NCBI GenBank assembly: GCA_040954595.2
Contig: CM082582.2
Location: forward strand, 8,638,425 to 8,702,424
Length of the DNA: 64,000 bases
Direction: 5' to 3'
Origin: Balanoglossus misakiensis
Lineage: Eukaryota > Animalia > Hemichordata
Within the stretch, counting starts at the first letter, position 1; each line of letters starts with the position of its first letter. The translations under genes were made by a program, and so were the position numbers. This document shows positions 28,716 to 43,100 of the stretch, piece after piece. The notes below the pieces were generated by a model, which had not been told where the DNA came from, did not search any database, and saw only the letters and a program-made list of their open reading frames with translations.

Positions 28716-29413
28716 TCACTCACTCACTCACTCACTCACTCACTCACTCACTCACTCACTCACTCACTCACTCACTCACTCACTCACTCACTCACTCACT
28801 CACTCACTCACTCACTCACTCACTCACTCACTCACTCACTCACTCACTCACTCACTCACTCACTCACTCACTCACTCACTCACTCACTCACTCACTCACT
28901 CACTCACTCACTCACTCACTCACTCACTCACTCACTCACTCACTCACTCACTCACTCACTCACTCACTCACTCACTCACTCACTCACTCACTCACTCACT
29001 CACTCACTCACTCACTCACTCACTCACTCACTCACTCACTCACTCACTCACTCACTCACTCACTCACTCACTCACTCACTCACTCACTCACTCACTCACT
29101 CACTCACTCACTCACTCACTCACTCACTCACTCACTCACTCACTCACTCACTCACTCACTCACTCACTCACTCACTCACTCACTCACTCACTCACTCACT
29201 CACTCACTCACTCACTCACTCACTCACTCACTCACTCACTCACTCACTCACTCACTCACTCACTCACTCACTCACTCACTCACTCACTCACTCACTCACT
29301 CACTCACTCACTCACTCACTCACTCACTCACTCACTCACTCACTCACTCACTCACTCACTCACTCACTCACTCACTCACTCACTCACTCACTCACTCACT
29401 CACTCACTCACTC
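28716..29413. repeat. Long pure (TCAC)n microsatellite, ~174 units
   Basis: Uninterrupted TCAC tandem array; it explains the spurious poly-HSLT ORF 28588-29556. Confidence 0.98.
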
Positions 29414-30156
29414 TGTCGTCTGTTCGCCTGAATATTCAATCTGACTCTACCATCCATCTTTTTCCCCGCGACCACTTGCCGTCTCAGGCTCCGAGCCTTC
29501 TGTGCGCTCGCCTTCCTACATGTATCATCATCATTGTCACCGGCTGTCAGTGTTAACATGAAGTCGACGCACAAGCGAATGTCATTAAATTACCAGTCGG
29601 TCGACTTGACAAATTGGCCAAATAGAGCGGTCAACAGTTTCTATTAAATATCGTACATTAGACACGGTAAAGTAATTTCTCTGTCGAAATTCTAAACTCA
29701 CATTGCACTTGTGTGTATTCCTCGTAGCTACCAGACTCTATTAAGTTGAGTGTTTGTATGGCTTTCGTGGTTGGGAAAAACATGTGCACCCAGAGACAAA
29801 AGGATGCCTAGGAAAATCGAGGCGTATCCTAGCAACGGGAAAGTCCATATGAAAACAGTCGCCTGGAACAATTTTTTCTCTCTCTCTCGAAATGACTAGC
29901 AAATAAGGGTTGACTTGTCTTTGAAGGATCGGTATTTCAGGTACAATAATGCGGGCGGTTGAAATTTGTCGCCAACGAACGAATTACTTACACTTGCTGG
30001 CGGACTTGGCGTATTGTCTTGTCGCCAAAGATTTATTTATGGTCGATGTAATAGCTCTGTCAGTATCCGAAGGGATACTCTTAGTTCAAGGACATGTGTA
30101 AATGCATGACGTGAAAACAGTTCGAAGGATAAAAAAGTGTCCATATATATTCGGTT

Positions 30157-30189
30157 CCACCACCTCCACCACCACCAACGACGACGTCG

Positions 30190-30220
<31 letters not shown>

Positions 30221-30237
30221 CGACGACGACGACGACA
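30157..30237. repeat. Compound trinucleotide microsatellite (CAC)(CGA)(CAA)n(CGA)
   Basis: Directly visible. Confidence 0.9.
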
Positions 30238-33200
30238 GGGGAAGTCGTTAAACACACAACTCTTGGAAAGACCCCAGATTGCAGAATCGAGCGCCTTGTT
30301 GTTTTGTCGTTGAATGAACCTGTTTCTGCCTCGTGGAAAATTAAGAACCGTATCCATTAGTCGAGAAAATATTAGCGTAAATGACTTAAAAGGAAGGGAT
30401 AAAAAACAGTTCCTTTATTTGTGTCCGCTTCGGGCAAATAGCGGCACTAAATGACAAGGGATTGGAAGGGTCTCAGTCAGAACTGACGGTAAAGGATTCT
30501 CGTCGGTCCCAGCCGCTCTGGGCCCGATATGCCATTAATTAAATAGCCAGCTATTGCAGGTACTTGACAATCGCGAAATGGCGCCCTTCTTCAGTTACAA
30601 AAAGGCCGCCCAAGCTAGACGCGAGAGAGATCGAGAGTGTGAGCTTTTTGACGTTTCATTGGAGAAAGAAAGGTTAAAAAAACATCCGCGCTTGCGTAAG
30701 AAAATAGTGATACCTGGCTGAAGATCCATTCGCCCACTTAGCGTCTTTTTACACAAAACACGAGGGCGGAGTTCAGTGACATGTTCTTTTTCATTTTGAC
30801 AGTAGAATCGCTGCTTGTACACCTTTATATACATAGATAGATACACAGATACATCCATAGATAAGTAGTAGATAAATGGATAGCTCCATGGTAGGTTTGT
30901 AATCTCTGTATCAACGATACCAGCTCCGCCATCGGGCAATGCAAGGTACATGATATAAACCACAGGATTGGGTCTACCTTGAAACGACTCGAAGGGATCT
31001 AGGAAGATGTAGAGCTTCCTGACTACAACTAGCATAAACACGAGACAAAAATTTTGAGGCGATCTTTTACCATTTTAAATTTGACGAGTATCCCGGGGAC
31101 AGATCTGCAGTTGAAAATCATAAGTCTTCCCCGTCTTTCAATTTTATATCGAAGACTGAGCGAAATAATTTCGGTAATTGACTCAATTCATGGGTGCCCG
31201 CCAACAATATTTTGGTAGCCCAGCTTGATTGCCAAATGTTTGTAAATTTTGCATCTGGTCATCTAGTCTTAAACAGTGTTGCGCAATATTTCAAATGTGC
31301 GAAGAAACGAGTGCCTGCCATTCAAGCTGGCATCTCAGTCACGTGATAGATAGGAACTCAATGAGCAAGAATATGCAAATTTGCTTTGATTTAAATATAG
31401 GCATGTATGATAAAATCACGTTTATTCTTATATAAAATAAAGTGAAGTATTGAGAAGTCGTTTACCAACAGTGCCGGAATTTACCAAAACAGCCTGGCTA
31501 TATTTTTGATATTTTTTGTATAAATTATATATACCCTTCCTTCTTTTTACTACTCGTTTGACTTCGAGTCGACTAGAAAACCGGTGCTAAACTGCTTTAT
31601 CATTTTCTGAGTCCGTGGTACAAATGAACTGGTTATTATCGCCGGAAATCATTTATATTCCATAATCTTTTTAGGTTATATTATGGGAACGACCGAAGCC
31701 ACCGCAGCGATGTGCCGAACTCTTCCTTGGGGACTCCGCCTCTTACCGCCAGGAAAGCATGGACTGTGGATGACCAAGGACTGGTAGCCATAACTTCAAG
31801 GGACTGTTGCTGTAACTTTAAAGGTACATTAGCGGTAACTTTTGATGATTATTTCACTTTTTTGTTCGACTCAACAACTGCTGTTTTTGTTCTACTCACT
31901 AATACAGGCTAAATGTCATACATTGGGCTTCTGAACAAAGTATGCAAGCTTGTAAAGTGTCATGTTATTGTTGATATTGGAATTTGAGTCCGGACTAAAA
32001 TTCCGCTGTCAACATTAAAATGGCTAGTAATGCATATATTGACTGTAGTGGTAAGCTGAGTGTACAGTCACTGTACTGGTTCATATCTAAAAGTTTGATC
32101 ATGTTCAGAATGAAAATAAAGAAATAAACAATGTATTAAATTAATAGAGAGCCATATTAAAAACACATAGGCAAGAAAATGGGCGAAGACGGGGGGGGGG
32201 GGGTGAATATAGCAATAGCGGGTGGGTAATACAGGTAAGCCTTTTTGAAACGCTGTTGAGTTTCACACGTGGTTCACGAGTGACACTTGGGTGGTTTTAT
32301 CGAACGGGGGAAGTACATGTATAGCAAAATATGATCGAGTAAACAATCGCAATAGACACTTTTCTCCGCTTAAGGTTGAGTGACACCTTCAAAAAGGTGA
32401 GCTTTGAGTGGAAGAAAATTGAGTCGACTCTTATCGGATCTACCGCCAGCTTTCTTCCCATACGCCGTGTCGTTTGTTGCCAATCGGCCGCGCACAAAAG
32501 ACGCGCACATTAAGAAGGAAACGCGCGGTTTCAGTAAGTGATTAGTTATAGCGTTTATTGAAAAAGCTGATGGCCGTAAATGACATGTATATTTACCGCC
32601 TATCCACTTGAATTGAAATCACAAAAGCCGGCTTGGATGGGATCAGTGTCCGCACATTTTCCCCAGTTAAGTTCCCCAATCATCGGAACAACATGATAGA
32701 ATATCCTGTCCACACGATGCCTGGCGAAATCCCCCCGACTAAATTCCATCGCTAAGTCTCATTATCGCTAATCAAACTATAACGGTTTTAAGGTTGTTTG
32801 CAGCGGTTTAATCAGGGGGCAAATACCGCTGGGCCCAACAGCTCCTCAGAAATACGTTGAATGTAATTTGAAGTCTACAGAGGCAAAACCTCTTTCCAGG
32901 AGAGCGCGTTCGCGCATTGTACAGCGCTCGCCAACGTAATCCGTCTATCCGCGACGAGCTGTATACCCTAATACCTAGAGCGAAGGGTCACACCTGGGGT
33001 CGGCAACGATCTTGCTCCGCTAAACGAGCGTACTTAACCCGTACTAGAATGCCTGAAAACTGGGGGGCAAAAGTGTGTAACTCTCGCTTATTTAGACACA
33101 GCCAATCAGTCTAGACGCGCAACAGCCTTGAGCGTCGTCCCAATTTGCCATGTTATTTGTTTTAGCGATTGATTCGCCATTGTCACCACGCTCCCTCGAA

Positions 33201-35000
33201 TATCTTTCGTCTCAAATCAAACCTATAATACTAACGGCAATTTTCTTAGGTTAACGTACAACACACGAGCCCATGCATTCGATCTTGGCAATATTTTTAC
33301 ACAAATGAAGTATAATTAAGGAGACTTGTGACATCAATCCAACCTTCATCGCATGAATATGTAACACCACGATTTCAGAATATTGCATCGGTGATGTCGG
33401 CCCAATCATAGTCAAACTTGTTGCTGAAGTGATGATTTAGAAACTGATTTTTAAATGTGCATTTCCTTGGACGAATACCAGAAGGAGTGTCTTACACTGT
33501 GTTAATACAGTCGTTAGGGGGGCTCTCCTTGGAGGAGAGAGGGGGGGGGGATTTGTATAGCTTGGGTGAGGGCGATGTGTCCAAACGTCCCGACGTGCTG
33601 CCGACGGGACTTTTGTAACAGGCGTGGGCGATATTAACACCACACCCGACATGAGCAGAGAGGATCGTTCCTTTTAATAAGCACTCCATGGCAAGACGCA
33701 TACTGAGATGCGTCCCCGATTCCTCTCCTCAGAACTCCGCGACCGTTGTCTGGCAGCAGCATCAGCATCTAGACGATCTATTATCAACCCAAATTGGAAA
33801 CGCTGAACAGAAACGCGAAGGGGGAAAAATGAGTGCGAACCGAACATGATCACTGAATGGGCCCGTCATTGCGCGCGCGCGGGGGAGAAGAAAATGGTTA
33901 CCCGAAGAAGAAAGTGTCGCCATTCATCCTGGCTGCCACACGACAAAAAGCTGCATATCTATCTCGCGTCAGCACGCTTCCAGCATAAACACATCATCAA
34001 TGGGGATGAAAACCTACATTCCAACCCTAATGCATTGTACTTGACGAGTAACCTGCCGGGCAAACGGAAGGCACTGCAAGATTTTTTTGATTCGGTGCGA
34101 TTCAAATGAATAGCATCTTGCAGGACCTGACACCCAGCGCTGCAACACGAGATACATGCACTCCGTTACCATTCTGATTACAATTTTTAATATCAAATAT
34201 TCAATCGTGAATTACTTTATGAAAAACATGTTCTCTCGCTGCTTAACGGCGGTATCGTTTTACAATGATCTCTCCATTTAGGCGCTAATCTCGGATTACC
34301 TATAGCTCCTGATGCGTCCAGATCTCAAATTAAAATTAAAAACAACCCCTTTCCTCTTTTTTGTCAAATTTCTGTTTTCCTCCGCAATCCAATGAATCAA
34401 ACAACTCCTCGAAATGTAACGACAATGTCGGATAGATGATGACCCGGAGATTACAAGTGTGTAAAACGGTTGTATTGGCAATCGCATTGCAAGGAGATGA
34501 CGGCTTATGCTGATCGCGCCATTGATTGCAAGAGAGACGCTTTGGAAGCAACAAAGGGGGTCCGCACAGCAATCAGATTCGGTGGGATGAAACATCTTTA
34601 CAAAACATAGTCGCCACCGACCTTGGGTTGCAAGACTCCGCCGGTCGTTTTTGTCAAGACGATCCGTGGTATTAGATTCGAAAACAGAATGCGTGACACT
34701 GGGGGAAAAACGCGTGAATATGACGAGGGGTGTATGAAAACCTTGAAATGTAAGAATAAAGGAATGTTTATACTTCAAGGCACAAAAAAGTTGACGACCT
34801 TCATTTTGTATTTAAGATTCTTTATGGTATCTTTTGTAAAATCACTGTCCCTCCACAACCAAGTGATCATATAAGAGACACTGGTTGCGATATCAATTAC
34901 TTAATTAATACCTGGGTCATGGTCAAGAATAATCATGCAACATCTTCTCATGTCAAGTCTCCCCCCATCGCCCGCCCCCGCTAAACTTTCGAGAATTTGT

Positions 35001-35105
35001 CATTTATCAACTGAGGTATATTTATTTCATTTATCAACTGAAAATATTGATAATCGCAAATATTTATTTCGTTTATAAACTGAAGGTATTTATTTCATTT
35101 AACTG
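35001..35105. repeat. Degenerate AT-rich tandem repeat, ~4 copies of a TATTTATTTCATTTATCAACTGA-like core
   Basis: The core catttatcaactga / tatttatttc recurs about four times with irregular spacing. Confidence 0.6.
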
Positions 35106-37100
35106 GAGAGGAGAGTCTGTTTGTCTCTGTCTGTCTGTCTGTCTGTCTGTCTGTTCACGTGTACTGTTTGCATGATTACCAGAGTAATGAAATCATATCG
35201 AAAAAGGTCGTTCGATATGGTCTTTGATTTTAACATCTCATAGCAGATCATTAATTATCCAATGAAATGTGAGATAGCGTTCAGTGTTTTCGAAAGCACG
35301 GGTACTATTACAAACCTTACAAATCAGTCTGATGTCTCCAATAACCATGTACATGTACTTCAACCGAATCACATTAGCGTTGTGTGCAAGCTTCAAAGCG
35401 TACGAATCCTGCTGCGGTTATTAACCAAGTCTCGCGAGATCTCGCTATGAGAGGAAAATCATCTACCAGTATTAGAATAGACAAATTCAATCGACAGAGT
35501 AGTCTGGGTTTTCTGGGCCCACTTTTCGACCTCGGTCCACGTTTCTACCAACTTACATCCACAAATTGGGGCATTGTCAAAAATTAGCCAGGTTGTGCTC
35601 ACGAAATCAGGTTGACGTGGCGAAGTATGTAACCTACGTGTGTGCAATTTTCGAGTGCAATCACGCGGCCTAGCTTGAAATTGTGAACACCATAACAGTG
35701 TCGGCCGGGGCGTAAATATTGACTCACTCGTGCAACTTTCCCGGCTTTTTATATAGGGTGCATCAGTCACTATTCACTGAGAGTTTTGTGAGCAAAAAAT
35801 ACCTGACAAATTTCTATGCACCGAATTCTGTGAAGGTGAAATATTCCATCATTTCAGTAGTGCTCCTTTAGACCGTTAAATATCTCAGGTCACGGAGAAC
35901 AAGTGAATTCACCTGAGAAGAAGCTGAACATTTTGGACAAAATTATGTAACGCGTGTACAAGTGACTATTTTGCTGTTTTCTCCTGCCTATCCGATGCAG
36001 ATCTGTGGCAGAATACAAAATGTGCCAAACATGCTTATGTTACATACGTGTTACCGAGGCTCAACCCACTTTTAGGTGTCCACAGGAATTACAGCAAAAA
36101 GAAGATTTAGGAAACAAAATTACCCAATCACAGTTTCAGCACAGATCATTTCTGGGAAATTAACAACCGCGTCTCCATTCTTGCGTGAACTCCGTGATTT
36201 TGCAGAGTCGAATCGGATTGCGAGTCGACACGTGAGTCCTGACAATCACGTAGGCCTAACTGTTTAATGACGCCAGGGAATTTCTAACAACTAGCGCTGG
36301 TCGACGTCGACCGACAAATGAAAAAAAAACAAAAAAACAAGGCGCGCTTCTGACAACTGGTTATGATAAGTGTGGAGGACACGAAAGCGGTTATTACGTC
36401 ATTGCCATGCAGTTCTCGTTCACAATTCCCACGCCATCTTTTCCGTTTAATTTTGCAGTATCAGACTTGTTTTTTTTATGCCAGAAAAGTCCATAAGGCA
36501 GAAAGTTCATAAGCCGCAACGTAAAACGTAGCGCAGACAATGGGCAAAAAAGGGACCAATTGTGAACGCCCGTCCTTCAGCGACCGCAGTTGGAAGCAGT
36601 ATTATCGTCAGAACTGTTGCCATGGCAACCGTAATCCCCTCATTTCATATCCTGTACTCGAACACCGTCCAGTCATTATCACACTTATCGAATCGCCACG
36701 ATCAGCTGGGGGAACAGAGAAAGCAAAAAAAAACTGTGCGAGCGCATCTGTCGATCTACTTGTCACTTAAATCAGTATGAAGCCGGCAAACTGCGACAGA
36801 AACCCAACCTGATCTGGGTTGCATCGATCTCGTTTAGTCGTGACAAGTGCAAAATTGATTAAGCTCGCGTGTATCAGCTCTGCACCTGTAGTCTGAACAC
36901 TTTCTCTGCTTCCCACGAATCCGTCGGCCATCTTTTCCATTCCAAGGTGATCAGTGTTTAGATTGGGTGATTAGAAATGTTTTCCTTTTAATCATTTTGT
37001 TGAGCAGCATTCGGAGAGGAGAGGCAATTGCGTGACAGTGGCTTGTAATGATCACGGAGAGGGAGAGAGAATCAGATAGCATAAATGAAAGAGAGAGGGG

Positions 37101-37132
<32 letters not shown>

Positions 37133-40100
37133 TTGATAGAGAAACATACCGAAAGAGGCGGAGACCAAAAGGTGAACAAACTTTAGGATGTATTCACGGG
37201 GAAATTGGTCTGATGGTCTAGTACAGCATTTTGATGATTTTCCATTCACTTCAAACTCCAAGTATAGACTTGTTGAAGTTTTTACCCTGTTAAATGAGCA
37301 AATATTTTAAGACCGGAGACAAAAGAGTGATACGGTTTTCAGATTCACTTCAGCTATTAAATTTATTAACAGGGCTTGATAAAATGAACGAATTGACGCC
37401 ATATCAAGGATGTTGCTTTGCCTTGACTGCGAATAGATGGCTTCTTGTGAGATTTGTTGCGTTTAGTATGCATTGCACGGTATTTTAGCTGCTTCTGTAC
37501 CACCAGCCATTTTCCCAGAGAAAGTCCGTCCAGATTCACGAACTGCAACATTGATTTACATATTTATTTAGTTAACCTGCATTGCTAATTTTGGTGATAA
37601 TTTTTCATTTTGGCCTAACCACTTTACGTTCCAAATTGAATATTTGACTGAAAGAGGTTGTGTGATAAATATTCGTGACTGACATGACAAAATAATGTAC
37701 CCAGACAAATGAAATTGGCGATGACTTCTACACAGTAATTTGCCGCCAATAATGACGCAATTTCCGCCACTTGGATCACGCCTAGAACTCCGCTACGAGA
37801 ACGATTAGCTTTGAGGTGCTCACGGGGGGGGGGGGGGTGAGAGAGCGAGAGGGGGAGAGAGAGAGAGGGAGGGAGGGAGAGAGAGAGGGGGAAGGGTGAG
37901 AGAGATTTTACACGCAACATTTTACACGCTGCAGTCCAGTTCACTCCATGAATGAACTAATTTGATTGCTGGCGATAAGGACGCAAGGGAGTTTATTAAT
38001 AACGAGAATAGAAACCAGAGCAAACCGCCGGAAAAACAGTAATGACAGAAAAAGCGTTAATCGGCAGCCAAAATCTGAGACTGAAAAAACACACAGATAC
38101 AACTGATGCAGTGGCCATTTCAAGAGATTTTTGGAAATAGAGACCTCGATACGATTTCATAGACCGATAGCCGCAATATTTCATGCAAAACCTTACAATA
38201 TCAAAAATGAAATGATTGCTTAATATTTGTCATTTTAACACAAACTCGCTTCTGATGTTATCGGGTTATTTTGCAGTAACAGCGTCCATCGGCTGGCATT
38301 TATTCGCTTCCACGAGGATGCACTGACCGCCACTTTTGATTCTTAGCTGGCGTATAGAATGGCTGAACGCTTTGTGTGAAATATAGTTACTGACCACTTC
38401 ATGTATGAAGCAATGTTTGTGCCTGTTGAAATTGGTGTGATGTCGTTCCCAACAATCTCATTTTTAAAATTTGGGTTTTAGCTTAGGATATCGGCGAAAA
38501 TAAGATGTGAATCCATTCTCCTAAATTCCACTTGTATGTGCTGTCGTACAATGGTCCTTTCAATTAAAGGAGTGATTTCTCGCGAAACAAAATGGATGAC
38601 TCCCTAGGCCAATGGAAAAGGCTGCCGTTTCATTTCCTTTTTGGGAATTACACTTGTTGTCAATGAACAGGAGATGTATACTCCTGCCCCTTGCTACGCG
38701 CCTTTCTTTCACCCGTGTTTTCGGAACCCCCCGAGGGAAATATTACAGTCCGCTTAAGAGGACGCGGATTAAGTCAATGCAAAGTTGGATTAGGACATTT
38801 GTCCATTTCTGTAAATCCAACATCAGTAATTTGCATGAAATCAAAAGCCGGTCCCGGGGAACAACCAACGCGCGCCCGCGCCCTTGCCGCCAAATGTTGC
38901 CGTCGTCCGACCGAGGAAATTGCAGTCCGCGACATTAACTACCGACTGTCGAATAAAATGAACATTTCATCATTCTAAGTTAATATCTTCCTCCAGTTGA
39001 GAGAGCAAACTCAACGAAGAACGCATTACAGGCTGGGCAATAAAAAGAGCTACCAAAATATTTGTAATTCCAGTGATAGACAGCAAATATTTAGGCATAA
39101 TTTGTAAAATAAAAAAAAATCACCGTTTCCCTCCCTGATTCTGACAGCACTTCAATATTAATCAACATGACGAAGTAGCTTCTTCCCGCTCACTTCCAAT
39201 TATCGTGTCATTTTTACAGTCCGCCGTTCAAAGGGCCAGGTCAGCGAGCTGTACTTCCCAATGAAAAGTAATCACGCTTTCTATCTGACCGGCATTCTCG
39301 ATTAATACGAATGGGGCGCTTGACTCCCGACAAAATTTATCTCATTTTAAGCCGTGGACGCCATAATCTTACTCAACGCACGCTGTCACGGGCTGGGTGA
39401 TATCTCTCACGTCCACAGACGCGTCCGCTCGTCGTGCCCGCGATCTATCGTGTGTTAAGCCGTAAATACTGTCATCTTATTCAGCGCGCTGGGAAGTGAT
39501 TTCCCTCCTTCCAGTCGAGGAAGCAATACCATCCTCCCAAGATCTCTCTTGATCTACCGAACGCATCGCACCTTGTGACTGCAAATTGATGGATTGCTTC
39601 AGTGTCACGTGGTCATATTAAATTCCAGTTAGTCGGCATTTTTGCCAAGATGTGATCTCACCCTCACATGAATATAAATGCAGCTTCAACGTTTATTATT
39701 TTTCTTCAAAAGAACGCCCGTGTCGATAAATTATCCACTCTTAAATAAAGCCAAAATGTGTAAACAGTAGACGTAACTTCAGATATGCGGCATTTGTAAT
39801 ATTGAAAAATCGCAATACGACACATTGACTACATGAAAAATTTCTTCATTCTTCTAAAATTTACACAAAACAGTAAATCTGCTGCTATTCCTATTGTGTA
39901 ATGATTACTACCTGCAAATTCTTTGACACCCAGAATCGGCCTAATCGTAAATGCCGTTTTGGCATGAAACATTTTGGGTAAACAACCTAAAGTTCCGAAG
40001 CGAAGTTAGCCTGGCTAATACTTGCAGCGTTACTATTCTACTCGATTCGGATTCTCTTATGTAGTTCGTGGATGTACACAAACCTTTTTTCTAGTTTTTC

Positions 40101-43100
40101 CTTCCGCCACTGCCGCCGCCAGAATGCCTAGTGTTTTTTTTTAATTTGTGATGACACGTTGAGATATGTCGACACTCGATCACCGCAATCAAAACCGGGT
40201 TTTACATTATCGTCATCGAGTGCTTACGAGATGAAGGACTTATCGCTTGGGTGTAGTATCTACCCATTAGGAAGTGTGAAACGACTCACCATCCTCCATA
40301 AAATAATCATTACAGTTCACAGTTAAGCGTTAAATTTCATCAAGTTGTGAAAGTATAAAGTTTTATCGCACGTCTCTTGGACCCTGTCGCCCATTCATCA
40401 TCTTTTCTTAGGATTACCAGAATTATGACTAGCTTTTAACGATGGCGGCGGTCGTCCCGAGGGAAGGGGAACTTTCAACTTTGACCCTTGACCCCTTCGG
40501 AAGGCTTCTTAGTTTCGCCACGTACAGCCATTATGACCAGCCATGCGTTCGAGGGAAAGAGAAAACCGCAATCCACACGATACGCGTGAAATTACCATTT
40601 TTTAATTAAAGAAGAAAGGTAACTGGAACTTTTGGTGCTTTTGTTCATAATTTTTGTTCCGTGTGCATAAAAACTGCCAAGAATGTTAAAAGAGCACCTA
40701 TAATTAAATATGTTATATTTCTGTTCTTGTTGATCGTTCCATGGCCGTTGTTGTGATGAGACAGGCAGACAGACAGGCAGACAGGCATAGAGAGACAGAC
40801 AGACATAGTATGTTCAAGCTCATACCAAGTTATAGTTATCTTTCTTGAAGTGTAACTTACAATGCCCTTTTGTCAGAATGGCGAAGAAATAGTAGGGTGG
40901 TAGTGAGGCTGGCTTGTGACTCGGTATAGAACAGACGTTGATCGATTCTCAGTGAAAACAAGCGTCCCTCGTCTGATTGCGAGAACTCGCGGCCCACATC
41001 AATCAAACATCAACGCCAATGCACACAATCAAAGATGACTTCCTCTCGGCATAGCAGAGAGAGAGAGAAAGAGAAAAAAACACCTAATTCTAATCGCAGT
41101 GTTTGATCTCGGGCTGTGACGAGCTGAATTATCTTTTACGTGCGCAAACCGTGGCTTAGCGCCAAAGAGGATGGATGGGTAAACGGGTATTAAAAAGTAA
41201 ATCTGATTGAATATCAACCTGTCAGGCGAATCTCCAGGCCAATAATAATTTATTTCATTCCTTCATTGATGACTGTTTCACCTGCTTAAATCGATGAAGT
41301 CTCCGATTGTGTTACTGGGAGTGAGATAACCGTCTTTATGACCCTCTCCACAAGCTCTCGTAAGCGATGTTGTTCAAAAGCCGTTTTTATGATATGACAT
41401 TCTCCGTTTTAGATATGTCAAACTCGAGGAGCGTACATTCCCTAGTATCCTCTTCTGAGCAAACAGTCTATAACCTCTGAATCTGTGTAAACCGAACTAA
41501 AGGGTGAGGAGGGAGAGGGAGGGGAAGGGGTGAAATCTCTCGAGGGCTCCGGCGACTAGTAGACATCAACCCGCAGTCAGAGGTAACAGTTTTCACATCA
41601 TTCAATCGTGTATATGCGTAAATCAACACATCACTCAAGCACCGTTCAAAATTAAAGACCTAAACGACAGCGGCTCTTAAAGTTTTTTTTTTTGTGCCTA
41701 ACGTCGTATTACGGAGGCACTTGCCTATCGACATAAAATGGCGGCCTCTTTTACTGTATCGCACAGATCCTGGCGATGGCGACAGACAATTAGTTTTGCC
41801 CGAAACAATATAACAACTTCGTGGCTGTTTGCGCGGTTTAGGCCTGTCTGTGAAGTAACCGATGCAAACGACACACAAAGTGAGCCAATTCGGGATATAT
41901 TTTGGCAATTTTTTATAGCATTATTATGAGGTTGTAGATCTTGCTATTGTAGGTAGGTCTCCCGTCTTTGCTGTCGTTCGCGAAAATGGCTTCATTTTCA
42001 TTTCTGTGCCCGGAATCTGCAGCAAAATGTAAAAACTGTGAATTAACCTCGTGCGATTTTTGAAGTCACTTTTAGAACCCCCCTGGTCACAGGGTTTGGT
42101 CTCTCCCTGATTACACGGTTTGAAAGTGAGTGTTGCCCAGGTGAAAATGCCTAACACCTTGGGTATTGCGCGCGTTCAACACCAATCGATCTAACAGTAA
42201 GCTTAACCAATAACGCGTACGTATACGTATGTTAGTATACTTATATTATTTCTCTCAGTCCGGCACAGAAGCTACCCGTCCATCTGGAGCGTATTTTCCC
42301 CATAAGATAAAAAAAATTCATTCGAGAAGAAAAAAACATATTCTCGTCCGTGCGGTCTGTCACCAGTATATTTCCGCTTTAAAGGCGAGTGGACTAACCT
42401 TGAACATGGCATAGCTTAAAGAAAGACGCTCCTCATAAAATGCCGAAACCATCAACCACAAAATAAACGAAGTACGCTCACATCTCCATCTCCCAGGGGG
42501 CGTTGGGGCGGACGTTACATTTTCCCTCTGATGAAGAACAAAATCAGAGAAAACCATTTTTTGCCAAAAATTGACACCCAAACAAGAAACAAAACCTATG
42601 AAGTTTCTGATGGCGGGTAGGGGTACGGCGATCGATCGACAAAGGCGTTGAAATCGCAATAATTTATAACGGTATAAAGCAATATGCCATCGCTGTGTAT
42701 TATACAAAGCCAGTGATTGAATTTCAAAGCGCCACTCAGAGACTAAATGCATGGTCTGTCATGCATGCAGTATTTATTCTCAACCTTAGTGTTGTAATTT
42801 TTGTAATTTATTGCCGTTGATCGATGTCCCCTTAACAATCGTCACCCTTTCGATTACGTTCAGGTCTCCACGGACCGAATTCAGGAAATTTTAGAGAACC
42901 TCCTCCTCCAAAATAATAAATATCGCCACCTTTCGACCCCTGGTTTTATGGCTTTTCATGGTTTCCTTGTCATTTTATCTTTGCTTGAAATTTAATAATT
43001 TTGTTAATTTTGAGAGAGGGATTTTCGAGATGGTTTTATTCGTCTCTGCATGATTGCGCGCGATCACTGAGCGATGGAATGGAGATGCGTTCTTTATGAA

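Noticed and set aside
28588-29556. 322-aa ORF with HSLT repeats
   Set aside because: Translation of the (TCAC)n microsatellite; TTG start and no coding context.
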